Source: Candidatus Poribacteria bacterium
Lineage (GTDB): Bacteria > Poribacteria > WGA-4E > WGA-3G
Direction of reading: 5' to 3'
Assembly (NCBI GenBank): GCA_965205015.1
Contig: OZ242029.1
Coordinates: 3,200,001 to 3,264,000 of the forward strand
Length of the DNA stretch: 64,000 nt
Position 1 is the stretch's first letter. Each line of letters begins with the position of its first letter. Of the stretch, positions 39,575 through 49,052 are shown piece after piece. The notes below the pieces were generated by a model. The model was not told the origin of the DNA. It ran no database searches and saw nothing but the letters and a program-made list of their open reading frames with translations. The translations under genes were made by a program, and so were the position numbers.

Positions 39575-39621
39575 TATAAAAAGCAGGGCTGCACTCCGGT
39601 GGATGCAGCGCTGCTTTACAA
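39575..39621 (-). terminator. Probable terminator hairpin
   Basis: AAAGCAG.GCTGCA.TCC...GGATGCAGC.CTGCTTT with a U tract on the minus strand. Confidence 0.55.
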
Positions 39622-39682
39622 CTATCTTTCCCGAGCCGTGGACGCTGTTCGGTCACTCACAGTTCAACGAAAGAGGTTGTTG

Positions 39683-40531
39683 TTAGGATTTGATCTCTGC
39701 CCACCTAACTGCTAATTTATGTTTTGGTTCTACAGAAAATGCGGTGCTTATGAGTTTTATATTATCTATTGCCCACCACCAATCATTCTGCGCGTCGACG
39801 ACACCGAAACTAATCGTCATTTCAGCGGCACCGGCGGGGTTGTCGATAGGGATTTCTAACGTTTCGTTTATCTGCTCCCCATCATTCATCTTTTCCTCTT
39901 TGAGTTTGAGGGTAGGAATCGTAACAAGGGTATGTGCGCCTGCGTCAATACCGACGCTCTTGAAGAATAGGATTTGTTCTTCTTTATCCGCGTCGAAGCT
40001 TACTATGATCTCACCATTTTGAGTATCTTCAGGACGCCAACTCGAATCCAATGTTAAGACGAGCGACTTTGCTGCCGCGCCTTTGATTTTAATGGGTGGG
40101 GTGATTAAGTGTCCATTCCAACGACTCTGACCGTCAGGGTCGCCATTTCCTTCCCAATCGTCCCACTCATCAGGATCAGAAACGGCACCTTTACCTACGC
40201 CCTTACCGTCATTGTGTACCCCTGTGAACTCACTACGCCGTTGGTCTTCCGCCGTGCGTGTCCACCACTCCAGGTCGACAATCGCCCACGTTCTCCACTC
40301 AGGCATTCCGAGGTCTTTAGGATTTTCGTTTGTGATTTCCCAACCCTCAGGTGGTGTGCCTGACCAAACGTCTTTATCCTTAATCTGTTCCATGATACTT
40401 GCTTCGAGTGTCACGCCTTCAAAATCTTCTTCAAAAAGGACAACCTCACGACTCCAAGTTTGGAGTGCTACAAGACAAAAGGTTAGCGTTAGAATCGCGT
40501 GTGTAACGATCCTTATAGGGGTGGTACTCAT
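39683..40531 (-). CDS. Secreted acidic beta-sandwich protein with C-terminal KLAVRW tail
   Basis: Signal peptide; LFEEDFE...WWWAIDNI; ends SVEPKHKLAVRWAEIKS. Confidence 0.6.
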   Translation of the reverse strand: MSTTPIRIVTHAILTLTFCLVALQTWSREVVLFEEDFEGVTLEASIMEQIKDKDVWSGTPPEGWEITNENPKDLGMPEWRTWAIVDLEWWTRTAEDQRRSEFTGVHNDGKGVGKGAVSDPDEWDDWEGNGDPDGQSRWNGHLITPPIKIKGAAAKSLVLTLDSSWRPEDTQNGEIIVSFDADKEEQILFFKSVGIDAGAHTLVTIPTLKLKEEKMNDGEQINETLEIPIDNPAGAAEMTISFGVVDAQNDWWWAIDNIKLISTAFSVEPKHKLAVRWAEIKS

Positions 40532-40665
40532 AATCAGCCTCCATAGGTTCTAACCCAATAATGATATTGTGGCAGAATATTTGGGTGAACTGCCGTGAAT
40601 ATCGTTAACACGCAAACATCTTTGTTTTATAGTTCAAACCCTGCTTTATAGAAAAAATAGTTCCT

Positions 40666-42303
40666 CTAAAAAGTAACGGCATACCCATCGGTTCTCGGAT
40701 CGGAACCTCCGATGAGCGCACCTGATTCAGGATGTACCATGATAGCCTGAGCACTCCCCGGACCCCCCCAATCACCGACGAGTTGAAGTTCATGTCCTTT
40801 TTCCGCTAAACCTGTTTGTGTGTCGGGAGAGAAGCGGGTTTCTAACTGGAGGTCATTGGAACAGGTGTGCGGGATAGTGGATTCCATGGGATTCTGCAAG
40901 CTCCGCCAACGCGGTGCAGAAACGGCTTCCTGCGGTGTCATCCCGAAATCAATCATGTGGGTAACGAGTTGTAGATTCGTTTGGACCTGTGTATCTGCGC
41001 CAGGGGTGCCACAGGCGATGAACGGTTGACCGTCCTTTGTAACAATGACGGGGTTCATGGTGTGGCGGACGCGTTTGCCCGGCATCAAGCAGTTGGGATG
41101 TCCCTCTTCCAAATGCCAATAGGTCATGCGATTGTTCAAGAGGATACCGGTGTCACCTGCTACGAGACTCGAGCCGAATCCTGACTGAATACTCTGCAGG
41201 ATGCAAACGAGGTTTCCCGCTTGATCCGCCGTGCAGAAACAGGTTGTATCTTCGTGCGCCTCTGGGCCACCCGCTGGCACATCAAAAGCCGCCTTATCTA
41301 AGTTGATACGTTCTGCTTGTTCAGCGGCGTAAGATTTGGATAGCATCCCTTCTATGGGAACATCCACCCACTCTGGATCCGCCATATATTTTTCCCGATC
41401 TGCGAAGGCGAGTTTCTTCGCCTCAACCATTAGATGCACACTTTCAGCGGTATTGCACCCTAAAGTTTGCAAATCGAATAACTCGACCATGTTCAATTCT
41501 TGGAGTAAGATATGCCCGCTTGAGTTAGGGGGCATTTCATAAACCTCGTATCCACGGTAGTTGACATGTATCGGATCAGCCCAATGTGCGTGGTAGTTCG
41601 CGAGATCCTCGGCTGTCAGAAGTCCGTCGTGGGCACGGCTGAATTCACCGATGGTTTTCGCAATTTCACCTTTGTAGAACACGTCTCTTCCGTGTTTGGC
41701 AATCTTTCGGAGCGTGGCACCAAGATTCGGATTTGATAGAAACTGACCTGAGGCGATGGGGGCACCATCGGTTGTAAAGATAGCGCGACTGTCTGGTTCG
41801 GCGGCGAAGCGGGCATTCTCGCCCTTAAGACCGTTAGCGAGTTTATGACTCACGGGAGCCCCTTCTTCGCAGAGCGAAATTGCTGGTGCGAAAACGTCTT
41901 CTAATTTGAGTGATCCGTAGCGTTCGTGTGCGAGGAGCCATGCGTCGACGATCCCCGGCACCGAAACACTCCGTATGCCTTTCATCGGGATCCCGCCGTC
42001 TTTGAGGTAGGTTTCTCGGGTAGCGGCACGCGGGGCGGGTCCGGTTCCATTCACCGCCTCGACCTGTCCGGTGTCCGCCCAATAAATGAGAATAAAACCG
42101 TCGCCTCCAAGTCCAGAACCAGCGGGTTCAACCATACCGAGGGCTACAGCGGTTGAGATAGCAGCATCGACGGCGTTGCCACCCGCCATCATTGTCTGAA
42201 TGCCGGCTTGTGAGGCAAGGACGTGTCCAGATGTAACCATGCCGTTTCTTCCCATTACAGAGGGACGAAACGCTGAAGCAGTAATACCGTGTGGAGATTG
42301 CAT
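40666..42303 (-). CDS. ggt: Gamma-glutamyltransferase family protein
   Basis: GGNAVDAA, SGLGGDGF, catalytic Thr in EDTT, GILLNNR, GTPG, SDPR.DG. Confidence 0.92.
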   Translation of the reverse strand: MQSPHGITASAFRPSVMGRNGMVTSGHVLASQAGIQTMMAGGNAVDAAISTAVALGMVEPAGSGLGGDGFILIYWADTGQVEAVNGTGPAPRAATRETYLKDGGIPMKGIRSVSVPGIVDAWLLAHERYGSLKLEDVFAPAISLCEEGAPVSHKLANGLKGENARFAAEPDSRAIFTTDGAPIASGQFLSNPNLGATLRKIAKHGRDVFYKGEIAKTIGEFSRAHDGLLTAEDLANYHAHWADPIHVNYRGYEVYEMPPNSSGHILLQELNMVELFDLQTLGCNTAESVHLMVEAKKLAFADREKYMADPEWVDVPIEGMLSKSYAAEQAERINLDKAAFDVPAGGPEAHEDTTCFCTADQAGNLVCILQSIQSGFGSSLVAGDTGILLNNRMTYWHLEEGHPNCLMPGKRVRHTMNPVIVTKDGQPFIACGTPGADTQVQTNLQLVTHMIDFGMTPQEAVSAPRWRSLQNPMESTIPHTCSNDLQLETRFSPDTQTGLAEKGHELQLVGDWGGPGSAQAIMVHPESGALIGGSDPRTDGYAVTF

Positions 42304-42326
42304 TTTTTAATTTTCCTTGCGGTTCG
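42301..42326 (-). repeat. CGAACCGCAAGGAAAATTAAAAAATG motif at the ggt start
   Basis: Near-identical to the motifs at the ilvC, pgl and hppA starts. Confidence 0.8.
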
Positions 42327-42335
42327 TTCAGATTT

Positions 42336-43409
42336 TCACGAAGCGAGCATCTTCTTGGCGAACGCCTCAACATCAACTTTATCGTGCGTTCGAGCGGATT
42401 CGTTGCATGCTTCCATGAGGACCCACGTACCGAGCGTTGTGTCCTGCATCCAGTCCCGATCGGTTCCATTGGCAATCGCCTGCGCGAACGCATCAAACTG
42501 GAGACGGTCGTCTTCTATGAGACCGGCGTGCAGATCTTGGAGCGTTAAATCTTCAAGGGTTTTGCCGAGTCGGAAGAGTTGCAGGTGTCCTGCATCCCGT
42601 CGGAGGTCTCCGTCCTCGCCGTGAAAGGTCCAGTGTCCGCTCCACCCGAACGGAGTTGTATGTGCTGCCCGTGTTCCTGCGTAAGAGAAAGGTGCGCCGT
42701 TGGCATACTCCATGAGCGCGTTCCCGCCGGCAGTTCCCCAAGCTTCAATCTGTCCGAGTTCTGGATCTCGTCGATGATGGACATGGGCGGTAACGTACTT
42801 CGGAAGTCCTTTCGCGGCAACAAGTTGATCGAGTTGGTGGCTCGTGCCGGCGTGGAAGAAAAGCCCATCAACATAGGCATCGGGTTGCCGAGAATCTGGA
42901 CCTGTATATAAGTTTTGGCGGATCCAGAATCGACATTCTCCCGCTAACATCTCACCGATGCCACCCTCTTCTCGGAGCCACTCTCGCATTTTCGCTGCAG
43001 CGGGGTTCCACCGCTTGTTCTGCCCCTGGACGAGCATCAAGTTAGGGTTCGCTTTATGTGCGCGTATAATGTCGTGGAATTCTGCCTGTGTCGTTGCGAT
43101 GGGTTTGACACAGAGGGTATGCATGCCGAGATTCAAACTTTCAACAATTAATTTGGCATGAACGGTCGTTGAGGCATAGATAAGACATGCCTGCGCGTCG
43201 TGTTTCTCCTTCGCCTCGGTTATTGTCGTATAGATACGATCCGCAAGGTAATCAGGGACGTCCCCTTCTAAACCTGCTATAGCTTCCCGAGCAGCAGGGA
43301 GGTTAATGTCCACACAGGCAACGGGATTAAGACCCTTTGAATTGATTTGCGCTTGTAGGCGACCGTGCGCGAAATGGGTACATCCGACATGAATAGTAGG
43401 AATCGGCAT
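42336..43409 (-). CDS. Gfo/Idh/MocA family oxidoreductase
   Basis: N-terminal Rossmann-like fold; HTLCVKP (EKP variant); H.LD motif. Confidence 0.75.
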   Translation of the reverse strand: MPIPTIHVGCTHFAHGRLQAQINSKGLNPVACVDINLPAAREAIAGLEGDVPDYLADRIYTTITEAKEKHDAQACLIYASTTVHAKLIVESLNLGMHTLCVKPIATTQAEFHDIIRAHKANPNLMLVQGQNKRWNPAAAKMREWLREEGGIGEMLAGECRFWIRQNLYTGPDSRQPDAYVDGLFFHAGTSHQLDQLVAAKGLPKYVTAHVHHRRDPELGQIEAWGTAGGNALMEYANGAPFSYAGTRAAHTTPFGWSGHWTFHGEDGDLRRDAGHLQLFRLGKTLEDLTLQDLHAGLIEDDRLQFDAFAQAIANGTDRDWMQDTTLGTWVLMEACNESARTHDKVDVEAFAKKMLAS

Positions 43410-43429
43410 TTGTGAGTCTCCTTGTATTG

Positions 43430-43563
43430 GCTATCGGTTTCCTTCAGCAATCGGCTTTCAGCAAGAGGGTTATCGGTTTTCGGTTAAAAGGGTGTTTGGT
43501 AAAATCAGAGTTCTCTTTACCCCAAAACCCTTCTGACGGCTGACCGCCGAGAGCCGATCGCCA
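43430..43563. repeat. Degenerate heptamer-repeat intergenic element
   Basis: Inverted (T/G)TCGGT/TCAGC and CTGACGG/CTGACCG/CCGAGAG units; related element at 50033-50100. Confidence 0.5.
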
Positions 43564-43582
43564 ATTTGGTATATGTTCGCGC

Positions 43583-44737
43583 TTAGGATACCTCAACGAC
43601 AGGTGGGTTAATGAAATCGTGATATTTCTGCGCTACGTTTCCAACTTTAGCATCACCCGCATGGATAAGCACGCGGAACCGGAAGTGCATCTCTTCACCT
43701 TCTTTGAGTGTATAGGAACCATCCTTGGCAGGATCCCTTTCAAAAGTGCCGCCTCCGAATATATTGCTTCCCATGAGCCCGTAATTGCGCACGTGCCAAT
43801 ACGTCGGATAGCGCGGGTTAACAATATGATCGAACACAGCGATACCCACAGGCGTTCCATCGACAACACCGGAATAATCGCACCAGTTCGCACGTTTACC
43901 CCAGGTTTCTGTCTCATTGATACCGCCAAAGGCATTTTCTATCTGTCCGCCATCTGAAGCGTTCATCGACGGATGCACCCGAATTGAAATAATACCCCCC
44001 TCCTTGGTATCTCCGAAATGGACATCCCCGGCGGAAGCGATAAAACTGAGATCGAGATCAAGAAGTGCGGCATCTTCAGGTAGATTGTAGATGCGATAAT
44101 TCTGCACGTCCGTCATCAAAACCTCTCCCGCTTGTGTTTGCCAACTATTCTGCGTATAAAGTCTACCGACGACAGCCCCACCCTGTTTTTCTGTGAAGTC
44201 TTGGTGGACAACCTTTCCAGAGTTACTACCTTCACCCCATAAGTCAACATCATTGACTTCGCCGTAGGCGACGTAGAGGGACCGGTGGTGGACGTGGTCT
44301 TTTGAGATGTCGCTCGTTTCACCGCGTGTTACTTCGCGTCCGTTCGGACCGAGAACCGGAAAGAAATACGGACGAAACTGCGCTTTTGCGTAGCGAAATG
44401 TTGTAAAATGTCGGTCATTGAGCGTTACGGTTATCGTTTCGGTTTCTTCTTTTAACTGAACGCCTGTCTCGCCAGCAACACTTCCTTCCGATAGGGTGTA
44501 GCTCCGCGATTCACCAGCGGCGAGTCCGTCGAGTATCCAGGTTAAGGTCGTCGTACCGTCCTCGTCAGCGTAACACTGTGCTGAGATGACATCACCGGAT
44601 GCAACATCTGTTAAAGTAACGGCACGATCGTAGAGTTGGCTCACGCCGGGATGGTTAACATTAACGCTAACAGGGCATCCATCCCGATTGTGAAAACCCG
44701 CGTTAACGGTAAACGTCGGAAGATTCTGATTCGACAT
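43583..44737 (-). CDS. DUF6807/'PmoA-family' (PF14100-like) protein; not a methane monooxygenase
   Basis: RPYFFPV, DHVHHRSL, WGKRANWCDYSG, WHVRNYGL. Confidence 0.75.
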   Translation of the reverse strand: MSNQNLPTFTVNAGFHNRDGCPVSVNVNHPGVSQLYDRAVTLTDVASGDVISAQCYADEDGTTTLTWILDGLAAGESRSYTLSEGSVAGETGVQLKEETETITVTLNDRHFTTFRYAKAQFRPYFFPVLGPNGREVTRGETSDISKDHVHHRSLYVAYGEVNDVDLWGEGSNSGKVVHQDFTEKQGGAVVGRLYTQNSWQTQAGEVLMTDVQNYRIYNLPEDAALLDLDLSFIASAGDVHFGDTKEGGIISIRVHPSMNASDGGQIENAFGGINETETWGKRANWCDYSGVVDGTPVGIAVFDHIVNPRYPTYWHVRNYGLMGSNIFGGGTFERDPAKDGSYTLKEGEEMHFRFRVLIHAGDAKVGNVAQKYHDFINPPVVEVS

Positions 44738-44872
44738 AAATCTCCTTCCTCGTATCTTGATTCCTCTCAAAAATTTTCCTAAGTAGCGAAAGGGACAATA
44801 ATTCTATTTGTAAGTGCCATACAGTTTTTAGGTGTGGCTCTGGTTGTTTAAAGGGGTGCCTTCCCCCGTTGA

Positions 44873-45226
44873 TTAGCTTTCCTCACCGGTTAGCGCGAGG
44901 ATTCCCTCTTCTTCGCTATTGTAATTTTCAAAGACGCTCATTAAGCGGCCGAGGATGAGAAGGTTACGGATATGCGCGCCTGCGTTGACGAGTGCCGTCC
45001 GCCCGCCTTTACGGGAAACCGTCACGTTCACAGATACCAACGTGCCGAGACCGCTACTATCCATACGGGTAACATTCTCAAGGTTAAAGATAACCTTTGG
45101 GGAGTCAAAATGCTCCTCGAGTTCCTCATTAATTTGCTCTCTGATTTCAGCATTTGCTGCACCGATCATACGGCCCGTGGGTCGAATCACGATGACCCCT
45201 TCTCTTTGACGGATTTCTGCTAACAT
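44873..45226 (-). CDS. STAS-domain anti-sigma factor antagonist
   Basis: NLENVTRMDSSGLGTLV. Confidence 0.88.
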   Translation of the reverse strand: MLAEIRQREGVIVIRPTGRMIGAANAEIREQINEELEEHFDSPKVIFNLENVTRMDSSGLGTLVSVNVTVSRKGGRTALVNAGAHIRNLLILGRLMSVFENYNSEEEGILALTGEES

Positions 45227-45356
45227 CTATTCTCCTTTTTTAATTGTTTGCGTTGTGACCCTGATATGGGGTTGAAGTTAATATTCTAACAAAAGATATT
45301 TGATAGGTTAATATAGTTAATTTCCAAAATTTTGTCAAGATTCTCAACAGTTTTCT

Positions 45357-46814
45357 TTAACGTCCAGCGGATGGCGGAGGGGGCCAGTGAAGTCCGCGTT
45401 GACCTGATAAGGCACGGTTGGGAGACGGACGATACTCGCGATCAGGCAAGCCGACAAGTTTACCGTCTTGTATCCAATCTTTATCGTCTCCGTAGAGTTC
45501 GCCTATGAGATGGTTTGTCAAGCGTTCGAGAATCTCAGCATGCGCCGGTGAATTGGCGAGGTCGTTCAATTCCCTCGGATCCTCTTCCAGATCAAAAAGT
45601 TGACGGTGGTTTCCGGTCGCATAGTAAATCAGCTTGAAACGTCCGTCATGAATCATTCGGGTCGCGCTGCCGCCTTCACCAATCTCGCCATACAACCAAT
45701 CGCGCTTTTCATCACCCACCATCGGGATGCCATCTACGGTATTTGGAATGTCAATTCCTGCCAGATGAAGGAGTGTCGGCATGACATCTTGCCATCCGAC
45801 GAGCCGGTCGTCTACGTTGTGATGTCCTACGCGTTCATCGCCTGCGGTGCCGACGAGGAGCATAGGAACATTGGCGGAATCCTCATAATAGAGTCGTTTC
45901 GCCCACATCCGATGATTTCCGAGCATGTCGCCGTGATCTGACGTGAAGAGCAGGATTGTGTTGTTCAACAGTCCTTCCTCCCGTAGCGTACCGATAACAA
46001 CGCGCAATTGATGGTCGATATGTGTGCAGAGGGCATAAAACGCTTGGCGTGCTGAACGAATCTGATCTTCTGTAAAATGCTCGTCCTGTTTCTGTCGTGC
46101 TTTTAGGGGTAACGGGAGTCGTTCGTTTTGCTGTGCCCATTCACCACAGTATGGCATGTCCACGTCAATATCGCGATACATGTCCATGTAGCACTGAAGG
46201 GGTGCCAAAGGCGGATGTGGATGGCAATAGGAGAGATACCAGAATCCGGGACGTGTTGGGTCGCGACGTTTAATCATGCGCACCATTTGCTGCGTGCTCC
46301 AGTTTGTGACGTGACAGTCTTCAGGGAGATGCCAGGGACGATTGAGATAATCGTTGTTGCACATCCCGTGCGCGAACTGTTGACCTGCATAGCCTCTGTC
46401 GCCGAGGAAAAGCTCATAGTCATCGACCACGCCGTGCTGGAGTCTGCCTTCCTCACCTAACAGCACATCGTCGAAACCGATGCGGTCACGCTGGGGATAG
46501 ATATGCAACTTGCCGACCGCGTAGGCTTGATACCCCGCATTCCGGAAGGTCTGTGCGATTGTTGGGAGTCCATTTAATCCTTGCCGATCGTTGAAAACCC
46601 TGTCTTTATGGGTTCGTGTTGTTGTGCCGGTCATCAACGTTTTCCGCGCTGGAACGCAGACGGGACATTCGCTGTAGCCTCGCGTGAAGCGGGTACCCGC
46701 ACGAGCAAGCGTGTCAAGCGTCGGTGTTTGGATGGCAGGATGCCCATTGACGCCTAATAACGAGTTGGGCCAATGGTCAGTTGAGATGAGTAGGACGTGT
46801 GGTTTGTCGCGCAT
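45357..46814 (-). CDS. Formylglycine-dependent sulfatase
   Basis: CVPAR (CxPxR), GKLH, HPHPP, SDHGDMLG. Confidence 0.9.
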   Translation of the reverse strand: MRDKPHVLLISTDHWPNSLLGVNGHPAIQTPTLDTLARAGTRFTRGYSECPVCVPARKTLMTGTTTRTHKDRVFNDRQGLNGLPTIAQTFRNAGYQAYAVGKLHIYPQRDRIGFDDVLLGEEGRLQHGVVDDYELFLGDRGYAGQQFAHGMCNNDYLNRPWHLPEDCHVTNWSTQQMVRMIKRRDPTRPGFWYLSYCHPHPPLAPLQCYMDMYRDIDVDMPYCGEWAQQNERLPLPLKARQKQDEHFTEDQIRSARQAFYALCTHIDHQLRVVIGTLREEGLLNNTILLFTSDHGDMLGNHRMWAKRLYYEDSANVPMLLVGTAGDERVGHHNVDDRLVGWQDVMPTLLHLAGIDIPNTVDGIPMVGDEKRDWLYGEIGEGGSATRMIHDGRFKLIYYATGNHRQLFDLEEDPRELNDLANSPAHAEILERLTNHLIGELYGDDKDWIQDGKLVGLPDREYRPSPNRALSGQRGLHWPPPPSAGR

Positions 46815-46826
46815 GGTTTTCCTTTC

Positions 46827-47603
46827 TTACCGGTCATATCGCGCAAAATAGAAGGTTATGAGCGGTTCATTGGTATCATTGATGAGGCTATGTCCTGGAT
46901 TTGACGAAGCTACAGAGACAGCATCGCCCGGCATCTGTCGATAAACATTCTTGCTAACAACGTGGATGCCATTGCCTTCAAGCATGTACCAGACCTCGTC
47001 CATATCGGGACCGTGACCGTGTGTATCAGGTGTCTGCATCGCTTCAATTCGAACCACCAACACAGAATGCAGGACCACTAAACCGTCGTCTTGACCGAAA
47101 ATCGGATGTACCAGATGCGTCCAATGCCCCTGTCCTAATGGTCGTTCGCGGTAGTTCCGTATGAGGGCATCCTTTCGAGGTGCCTCTACGCCATCAGGGA
47201 GCACCTCTTCCAACATCAGGAATTCCAACGGTGCGCCATCCGGATTTTCCAAGACGTGATTGAGTCCGGGAGGCACGAGGATTGCATCGCCTTCCCCGAC
47301 CTGCTGTTTCAAGTTTCCTGCCTTGAATATACCGGAACCCTCAACGATGTAAAAAATAAGCTGTCGATCGTCGAGTGCTGTGGGAACTGAAGCGATCTTC
47401 GGTTCAAGGTAACATCGGGAGAAACTGTCAACATACCTTAGAATTGCTCCCTCTGTGTCTGCGGCGTCCTCTGTCCTTTTACTAAATATCTCGCGTTTAA
47501 TGATGTTGCCGTGCGTTAGACTTGAAGGGCTCTGTAACCAATGTCGCATATACATTGTGAAGTGCCTCCGGTGTATATCAATTGGGTGAACAACGTTCGT
47601 CAA
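46827..47603 (-). CDS. Bicupin protein (start uncertain)
   Basis: Two cupin motifs: FYIVEG...VPPGLNH and HGH...DEVW...GHS. Confidence 0.65.
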   Translation of the reverse strand: MTNVVHPIDIHRRHFTMYMRHWLQSPSSLTHGNIIKREIFSKRTEDAADTEGAILRYVDSFSRCYLEPKIASVPTALDDRQLIFYIVEGSGIFKAGNLKQQVGEGDAILVPPGLNHVLENPDGAPLEFLMLEEVLPDGVEAPRKDALIRNYRERPLGQGHWTHLVHPIFGQDDGLVVLHSVLVVRIEAMQTPDTHGHGPDMDEVWYMLEGNGIHVVSKNVYRQMPGDAVSVASSNPGHSLINDTNEPLITFYFARYDR

Positions 47604-47622
47604 ATTCGATTCATATCATATT

Positions 47623-47858
47623 CAGGATTTACGCAAATTTGTATCCTGCGACGCAATTATAGTAAAGTTTAGAATTAATTAGACACTTTAAAGAGGCGAG
47701 GATACAATCCTCGCCAGCGGCGGAGAGGATTGTTTCGCTAAGCAACTGTCTACATATTTTTCGACTTTACTATAATTGTTCAGGTCCTAAGAATGCGCAA
47801 TGAATTGCGCTACTACGAACCAAAGATTGCCAAAAAATAAGCGAACTGCGTAAGTCCT
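47623..47858. mobile_element. MITE-like nested element with AGGA(C/T)TTACGCA terminal inverted repeats
   Basis: Outer IR at 47623-47635 and 47847-47858; inner 15-bp IR CAATTATAGTAAAGT at 47654-47668 and 47764-47778; REP palindromes inside. Confidence 0.65.
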
Positions 47859-47905
47859 AATATTATCAAAAGTCGTGACAATTGGCAAGGGAAAAAGTTT
47901 CTCGA

Positions 47906-49036
47906 TTATATCTGCATCACTATGGTATTTGTTAGATAGGGGGAATCAAATTCTGTCATGCAGTCTGCGTTGCATCCTGGGACCGGAAAAAGGCGTACCG
48001 ATAGCGGTTTGTTTAACTGTATGGAGAGCGTGGCGACATCCGTGAGAATAGAGGTAATTTGAGATATCGAAGCATTACCGGGGATCGGAATGGTATCCAA
48101 CCCCGTCCCACAGACAGTGGAATAAAGGAGGAGGCTGTCGAGGTTAAAATAACCCGCTTCACTCCGCTTCCCGAGTCCAACATCTTCAAGAACAGGGAGC
48201 ATTAACCCAGAATATCCGCAGAGGGGTAGTGAGAGGGATCGAAGTGTTCGCGTCAAACCTGCAGCGACTGTTAGCGTGCCGCGCTCGCCAAAGTGACCGG
48301 GAAGTTGCTCTTCCATCGCATAAGCGATACTCTCATCCCCCATGGGTGCGGGGGACACATCTATACCGACAAACTTCACGCCCCACTCTTGTGCGAAGGT
48401 TTCTGCGAGCGTGACAATCTTCTGTCCTTCAGCCTCCATGAGGGTCTTCAGATTCTGCAATGCGCTTTCCAAATTAGGGGCATCTGTGAACGCCTGTTGC
48501 ACAAGATCCGCCGCCTGCCATCCGATACCGAAGTTGGTTCGGGTGTCCTGCCAGAAGGCAGCTGGAAAAAAAGGCGTATTTGGTGGACAGTTCATCAACG
48601 CTGCAAAACGAAGGTTGCCATAGCCAGCATCGGTTCGATGCGCAATTTGCTGAATGACCTCAGCGGTGTTTTCCACTATCTCCGATGCGACACGTCCAGA
48701 CTGCGTCGTAAGGGTGACGGTAGCGAAGATTATCTCGCTTTGGGTGATTACATCAGCAAGGCGAGCAATATGCGCTTCGGTGTGCCGTTTTCCGGGTAGG
48801 ATTGTTCCTAAGTTCAGGAACTCGATCCCTAAAGCCTGGGCATCGGATTCCAATCTGAGAATTGTGTCTACGTCCCGGGGTTCATCCCAAATTTGACAAC
48901 TTACACGTGTGGTTTGGACTTCGTAGCCGTTCGACTCAAAATAGGTTTGACAGGCGGCGTTAAATTTTGCTGCACGTTGAAGTTGGTATGGCGAAAAAGG
49001 GAGTGGAATGCCTGTGGTAATCGTTCGGATTTTCAT
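47906..49036 (-). CDS. DUF711/UPF0210 family protein
   Basis: MKIRTIT, PFFP, GYSGLMLPVLED, VCGTGLDTIP, KPLSVRLFP. Confidence 0.85.
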   Translation of the reverse strand: MKIRTITTGIPLPFSPYQLQRAAKFNAACQTYFESNGYEVQTTRVSCQIWDEPRDVDTILRLESDAQALGIEFLNLGTILPGKRHTEAHIARLADVITQSEIIFATVTLTTQSGRVASEIVENTAEVIQQIAHRTDAGYGNLRFAALMNCPPNTPFFPAAFWQDTRTNFGIGWQAADLVQQAFTDAPNLESALQNLKTLMEAEGQKIVTLAETFAQEWGVKFVGIDVSPAPMGDESIAYAMEEQLPGHFGERGTLTVAAGLTRTLRSLSLPLCGYSGLMLPVLEDVGLGKRSEAGYFNLDSLLLYSTVCGTGLDTIPIPGNASISQITSILTDVATLSIQLNKPLSVRLFPVPGCNADCMTEFDSPYLTNTIVMQI

Positions 49037-49052
49037 GTTGATCTATAACCTA

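Noticed and set aside
43583-44737. Methane monooxygenase, suggested by the 'PmoA family' label
   Set aside because: Soluble protein with no transmembrane helices and no pmoB or pmoC; the family name is misleading.
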